From: Candidatus Nomurabacteria bacterium
GTDB taxonomy: Bacteria > Patescibacteriota > Minisyncoccia > Phycocordibacterales > UBA918
NCBI GenBank assembly: GCA_020632135.1
Contig: JACKGC010000001.1
Coordinates: 581,124-645,123, forward strand
Length of the DNA stretch: 64,000 nucleotides
Direction: 5' to 3'
A program made the position numbers and the translations under genes. Positions 59,630-64,000 of this stretch are shown here, in pieces. The stretch's first letter is position 1, and each line of letters starts with the position of its first letter. The notes under the pieces were generated by a model. It made no database searches. It was not told where the DNA came from and worked only from the letters and a program-made list of their open reading frames with translations.

Positions 59630-62600
59630 TGCTTACGCCTATGTCTAACGAATCAACATTCCAAAAAACTGATTTCAAGAAGCCGGCTCCACAGCCAACC
59701 AACTATACTGGCGTTAGCCTTAAGCTAGCCTCACCTGAGCAGATCCTTGACTGGTCTTGGGGTGAAGTAACGAAACCTGAGACCATCAACTACCGCACCC
59801 AGCGTCCAGAGAAGCATGGTCTTTTCGACGAGCGTATCTTCGGCCCGGTGGAAGACTACGAGTGTAGTTGTAAGAAGTATCGCGGTATTCGCTACAAGGG
59901 TATCGTGTGTGAGAAGTGTGGCGTGGAGGTTACTCGCGCGATCGTGCGTCGTGAGCGCATGGGACACATCGACCTCTGTGTACCGGTATCACACATTTGG
60001 TTTCTGCGTGGTGTACCAAGTCGTATCGCAATGATCCTTGGTATCACCGCTTCGTCAGTAGAGAAGGTGATCTACTTTGCTGGCTACATTATTACCAAAG
60101 TGAGTGAAAGCGACCGCGCACGTATCCTTGGTGAGCTCGATACTGAGTTCAAGACCAAGCTTAAAAGTCTGCAGAATGAGGAGGCGCGGGATGCACTGAA
60201 GCTTCGCTTTGAAGAGACCAAAAAGGAGATCACGGGCATTCAGCGGGGTGTGGTACTTGATGAAGTGAGTTTCCATAAATTCTCGATCAAGTACTCCACT
60301 CTCTTTGAGGCACGGATCGGTGCAGAAGCTATTTTTGACCTCTTTAAGGAGATCGACCTTGCCAAGCTGGTAGAAGAGCTTGAAGATCGCTACACCAAGG
60401 CTGGTGCCATGGAGCGAGCTAAGCTCGATAAGCGTCTGGCACTCATTCGTGGGATGCTCAATGCTGGCGTGCGTCCAGAGTGGCTGTTCCTTACACGTAT
60501 CCCCGTTGTCCCTCCGGCTATTCGGCCGATGGTCGCACTTGAGGGTGGACGTCATGCGTCTTCAGATCTCAACGACCTGTACCGTCGTGTGATCAACCGT
60601 AACAATCGTCTCAAGAAACTGATCGATATTCAAGCACCTGATGTGATCCTTCGTAACGAGAAGCGTATCATGCAGGAGGCAGTAGACGCTCTCATCGATA
60701 ACTCGATTCGTCATGGTGGTGGTGCGTACTCTGTCATGAGTCAGGCGCAGCGCCGCCCGCTCAAGTCACTCTCAGACTACCTCAAGAGCAAGCAGGGATA
60801 CTTCCGACAGAACTTGCTCGGTAAGCGAGTCGACTACTCCGGACGTTCAGTGATTGTAATTGGTCCTGAGCTCGCACTTGACCAATGTGGTCTACCAAAG
60901 CACATGGCACTCGAACTTTTCCGACCATTCGTGATCGCAGAGCTTCTGAAGCAAGAGCTGGCCTACAACATCCGCGGGGCTGGTCGTCTTATTGAAGACG
61001 GCGTACCAGAGGTGTGGGCGATTCTCGAAGACATCATTAAGGGCAAGCATGTGCTTCTCAACCGTGCGCCAACGCTGCACCGTCAGGGGATTCAGGCGTT
61101 CCGTCCGGTACTGATCGAAGGTAATGCGATCCAGGTGCACCCGCTCGTTTGTCGCGCGTTTAACGCTGACTTCGATGGTGATCAGATGGCCGTTCACGTA
61201 CCGCTCTCAAAGGAAGCACAGATGGAAGCCAAGGAGATCATTTCTGCAAATCACAACATCTTGAAGCCTGGTTCTTCAGAGCCAGTAGTGTCTGAAAAGC
61301 TCCTCGATATGGCGCTTGGTGCCTACTGGATGACCAAGATCGTTGAAGGCGCAGCTGGTGAAGGGAAGTACTTCTCATCACCGAACGACGCGATCAACGC
61401 CTTTGATTACGGTGTGATCGACTTCCGAGCCAAGATCAAAGTATTGGCAACTGATACTGAAAAGTATCGGCAGTTCGATGGACAGCTCTTCGAGACGACT
61501 GTTGGACGTTTGCTTTTCAACTCAGTGCTGCCAAGCGACCATTCGTTCATCAACGACATCGTCGTCCAAAAGACACTCTTCCAGATCATTATTGACATCA
61601 TTGATGATCGTGGTGCTGAAGCGGTGCCGCCGATCGTTGACCGACTCAAGAAGTTTGGCTTCCGCTATGCGACCGTGTCTGGAACGACGTGGGGAATTGA
61701 TGAGGTGGTCGTGCCGGAAGAGAAGACGGCTATCGTGTCAGCTGCTCGTGAGGAAGAGCGTGAGGTCATTGAACACTACGAGGAAGGGTTGCTCTCTCGC
61801 GACGAGCGCCGTCGCATGATCGTGGAGATCTGGCACCGCGCGAAGACGGAAATCGAGAAGATCCTCCCGGACACCTTAAGTGAAGACGGATCAGCATTTG
61901 AGATGTGGAAGTCTGGCGCGCGAGGTTCACTCGGTCAGATTGCCCAGATGGCTGGTATGAAGGGCCTCATTGTTAACACACGAGGTGAAACTCTTGAGTT
62001 CCCAGTGCTTTCCTCTATGAAGGAGGGGATGACCCCGATCGAGTACTTCAACACGACTCACGGTTCTCGTAAGGGTCTGGCTGACACGGCACTCCAGACC
62101 GCAAAGGCTGGATATCTTACGCGTCGTCTCTTCGTTGTGGCGCAGGATGCAATTGTCACTGAGGCTGATTGTAAGACGAAGGCTGGAACGACCATTAATC
62201 GTATCTCAGCTTCAGGTATTGAAATTTCATTCGCGAAGGCGATCAAAGGCCGTATCTTGTCTGAAGATGCAACTGATACCAAAGGTAATGTCGTTTTCAA
62301 GAAAGGGCATTTGCTTTCACGCCGCGATGCTATTGCGGTTGAGGAATCTACCTGCGAGAACGTCGTGGTACGTTCACCAATGACCTGTAAGACACTTCGC
62401 GGAGTGTGTCAGAAGTGTTACGGTATTGACCTTACTACCAACGAACTGGTTGATATCGGTGAGGCAGTAGGTACTGTTGCTGCGCAGGCGATCGGTGAGC
62501 CAGGTACACAGCTCACTATGAACACCAAGCATGCCGGTGGTGCTGCGTCTGTAGGTGGAGACGTAACGCAAGGTCTCCCTCGTGTAGAGGAGGTCTTTGA

Positions 62601-63327
62601 GAAGCGTCAGCCAAAGATCCCAGCGGTAGTGTGTAAGTACGATGGTGTGGTCAAGGAAATTCGCACCGAAGGTCGTGAGAAAGTGATCGTTGTTGCTCCA
62701 GACATGAGCGCTACTAGTGCGCCAAAGAAGAAGGACGCAACTGAGTACGAGGTACATTTCCGTCGTGTGGTAGCTGTCTCAAAGGGTGACTCAGTAGTGC
62801 GGGGGCAACTTCTTACTGACGGCTCGGCACTCTTGCCTGAACTCTTCAAGTACGGTGGTCAGGAGGTGACACAAGACTACATCATTTCTGAAGTAAACAA
62901 GATCTACGAGCTCCAGGGTGTGACCATTGCCCGTAAACACATTGAGCTTATTGTGAAGCAGATGATGTCACGTATGAAAGTCACCAGTCGTGGTGATAGC
63001 CGCTTCACCAACGGTGAAGTTGTAGAAGAGTGGATCCTCGTTGAGGAGAACGAAAAACTCAAAGCAGAAGGGAAGGAGGTAGCTAAGGGTGATAGACTCA
63101 TTCTTGGTATCACCGAAACCTCGCTTTCACGAAAGAGTTTTCTCTCGGCAGCTTCCTTCCAGAACACCACTCGCGTCTTGATCAACGCAGCGGTGAAGGG
63201 AAGTCATGATGACCTCGCTGGACTCATGGAGAATGTCATCATTGGTAAGTTGATCCCCGCTGGTTCTGGTTTCAAGGGAAGTCAGAAGTATGAGATGATC
63301 GCTGAACTTCAAGACACTCGTGATTAA
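59629..63327 (+). CDS. rpoC: DNA-directed RNA polymerase beta' subunit
   Basis: TAATG overlap with rpoB (alternative start 59641). Zinc motif CSCKKYRGIRYKGIVCEKC, catalytic NADFDGDQM, and trigger-loop and clamp blocks. Confidence 0.97.
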   Translation: MLTPMSNESTFQKTDFKKPAPQPTNYTGVSLKLASPEQILDWSWGEVTKPETINYRTQRPEKHGLFDERIFGPVEDYECSCKKYRGIRYKGIVCEKCGVEVTRAIVRRERMGHIDLCVPVSHIWFLRGVPSRIAMILGITASSVEKVIYFAGYIITKVSESDRARILGELDTEFKTKLKSLQNEEARDALKLRFEETKKEITGIQRGVVLDEVSFHKFSIKYSTLFEARIGAEAIFDLFKEIDLAKLVEELEDRYTKAGAMERAKLDKRLALIRGMLNAGVRPEWLFLTRIPVVPPAIRPMVALEGGRHASSDLNDLYRRVINRNNRLKKLIDIQAPDVILRNEKRIMQEAVDALIDNSIRHGGGAYSVMSQAQRRPLKSLSDYLKSKQGYFRQNLLGKRVDYSGRSVIVIGPELALDQCGLPKHMALELFRPFVIAELLKQELAYNIRGAGRLIEDGVPEVWAILEDIIKGKHVLLNRAPTLHRQGIQAFRPVLIEGNAIQVHPLVCRAFNADFDGDQMAVHVPLSKEAQMEAKEIISANHNILKPGSSEPVVSEKLLDMALGAYWMTKIVEGAAGEGKYFSSPNDAINAFDYGVIDFRAKIKVLATDTEKYRQFDGQLFETTVGRLLFNSVLPSDHSFINDIVVQKTLFQIIIDIIDDRGAEAVPPIVDRLKKFGFRYATVSGTTWGIDEVVVPEEKTAIVSAAREEEREVIEHYEEGLLSRDERRRMIVEIWHRAKTEIEKILPDTLSEDGSAFEMWKSGARGSLGQIAQMAGMKGLIVNTRGETLEFPVLSSMKEGMTPIEYFNTTHGSRKGLADTALQTAKAGYLTRRLFVVAQDAIVTEADCKTKAGTTINRISASGIEISFAKAIKGRILSEDATDTKGNVVFKKGHLLSRRDAIAVEESTCENVVVRSPMTCKTLRGVCQKCYGIDLTTNELVDIGEAVGTVAAQAIGEPGTQLTMNTKHAGGAASVGGDVTQGLPRVEEVFEKRQPKIPAVVCKYDGVVKEIRTEGREKVIVVAPDMSATSAPKKKDATEYEVHFRRVVAVSKGDSVVRGQLLTDGSALLPELFKYGGQEVTQDYIISEVNKIYELQGVTIARKHIELIVKQMMSRMKVTSRGDSRFTNGEVVEEWILVEENEKLKAEGKEVAKGDRLILGITETSLSRKSFLSAASFQNTTRVLINAAVKGSHDDLAGLMENVIIGKLIPAGSGFKGSQKYEMIAELQDTRD

Positions 63328-63344
63328 TAGTGACTAGGTGAATG

Positions 63345-63381
63345 AAAACGGGCGGGGCCTTCGGCCCCGCCCGTTTTTTCA
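63345..63381 (+). terminator. Terminator after rpoBC
   Basis: AAAACGGGCGGGGCC-ttcg-GGCCCCGCCCGTTTTTT. Confidence 0.9.
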
Positions 63382-63439
63382 TTACAAAATCAACACCTGT
63401 GCATAACCTGCTCTTTTGCACATGGTAGAATCATTTTTA

Positions 63440-64000
63440 ATGGAGATGTTACTTGAACTTTGGGAGCAGTTTTTGCCTGTCCTCGTAGCGGCGTTCGTCG
63501 GTGGGCTTATTGGTATCGAACGCGAGTATCGCGATAAGAGTGCCGGCTTCCGCACGATGATTCTGATCGCTGTTGGTGCCGCACTCTTTACCATTTTGGC
63601 GCAAGAGCTTGGTGGAAAAGAAAAGGAGACCACACGTATTTTGGCTGCAATTGTCACTGGTGTGGGCTTTCTGGGGGCTGGAGTGATCCTCAAAAATGGT
63701 GCGACCATCGGAGGTCTTACTACTGCCGCCGCAGTGTGGCTGGTAGCTTCACTCGGTATGGCATCTGGCGCCGAAGAGTATCCGCTCGTGGCGGCGGTGA
63801 CGCTGCTCTCACTTACAGTACTCTGGCTCTTGCCACCAATTGAGCGTTGGTTGGATAGTAAGTATGAATTCCTTGAGGTGATGGTAACGGTGAAGAACAC
63901 CGATGCAGCAGAGGACAATATTCTCGATATCTTTGATGAATGCAAGATACAGATAGTTCATATCCACCGCTCTCGGGTGTCCAGTTCTGAGCGTACGCTG
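63440..64000 (+). CDS. MgtC/SapB-family membrane protein, 3' end beyond window
   Basis: ATG at 63440, open to nt 64000 (187 codons): MEMLLELWEQFLPVLVAAFVGGLIGIEREYRDKSAGFRTMILIAVGAALF.... It is absent from the track because there is no stop in the window. Tracked antisense ORF 63382..63945 is judged spurious. Confidence 0.8.
   Translation, partial: MEMLLELWEQFLPVLVAAFVGGLIGIEREYRDKSAGFRTMILIAVGAALFTILAQELGGKEKETTRILAAIVTGVGFLGAGVILKNGATIGGLTTAAAVWLVASLGMASGAEEYPLVAAVTLLSLTVLWLLPPIERWLDSKYEFLEVMVTVKNTDAAEDNILDIFDECKIQIVHIHRSRVSSSERTL

Overview
The window is about 50% GC, densely packed and mostly plus-strand. It looks like a reduced-genome, Patescibacteria/CPR-like bacterium. That placement is an inference from the split transketolase, domain-minimised PheRS, ThrRS and SMC, tandem type IV pilins, a sortase with a giant adhesin, and the absence of biosynthetic operons. 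The genetic code is standard, since TGA is used as a stop.

Gene content, in order:
- 1-6.5 kb: a five-gene surface-protein operon.
- 6.5-11.7 kb: gap-rpiB-rpe-tktN-tktC plus a PfkB sugar kinase.
- 11.8-18.3 kb: L25, a coiled-coil lytic transglycosylase, a stand-alone ClpX-type zinc-finger protein, L31, a TrpR/YerC-like regulator, prfA, rpsB and tsf.
- 18.3-18.6 kb: tRNA-Thr(UGU) followed by a tRNA-like copy carrying insertions.
- 18.7-27.5 kb: a processive GT2 synthase with a PEGA partner, pheS and pheT, an RHH-RelE toxin-antitoxin (TA) pair, and gyrB.
- 27.6-33.9 kb: a sortase and a 1416-aa adhesin.
- 34-42.9 kb: thrS behind a T-box leader, cassettes at the dnaE 3' end (including a Phd-RelE TA pair), dnaE and rnhB.
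- 43-64 kb: L32, a NusB-Nudix fusion, rnc, three pilins, a hinge-less SMC, an SLT-domain protein, rnr, S16, a KH protein, a Nudix hydrolase, trmD, rpoB, rpoC and the start of an MgtC-family gene.

I recognised no rRNA, CRISPR array, transposase or integrase.

The observations most worth a second look are:
- Three tandem copies of the dnaE 3' end bracketing small self-contained cassettes, and a similar duplication of the rnhB 5' end.
- The tRNA-Thr tandem copy with two hairpin insertions.
- A sortase-type signal placed about 300 aa before the C-terminus of the giant adhesin.
- A Csc/WxL-like surface operon.
- A TrpR-like gene that needs a -1 frameshift and is flanked by a shared 14-bp palindrome.

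All functional calls come from motif recognition by eye. No database search was run.
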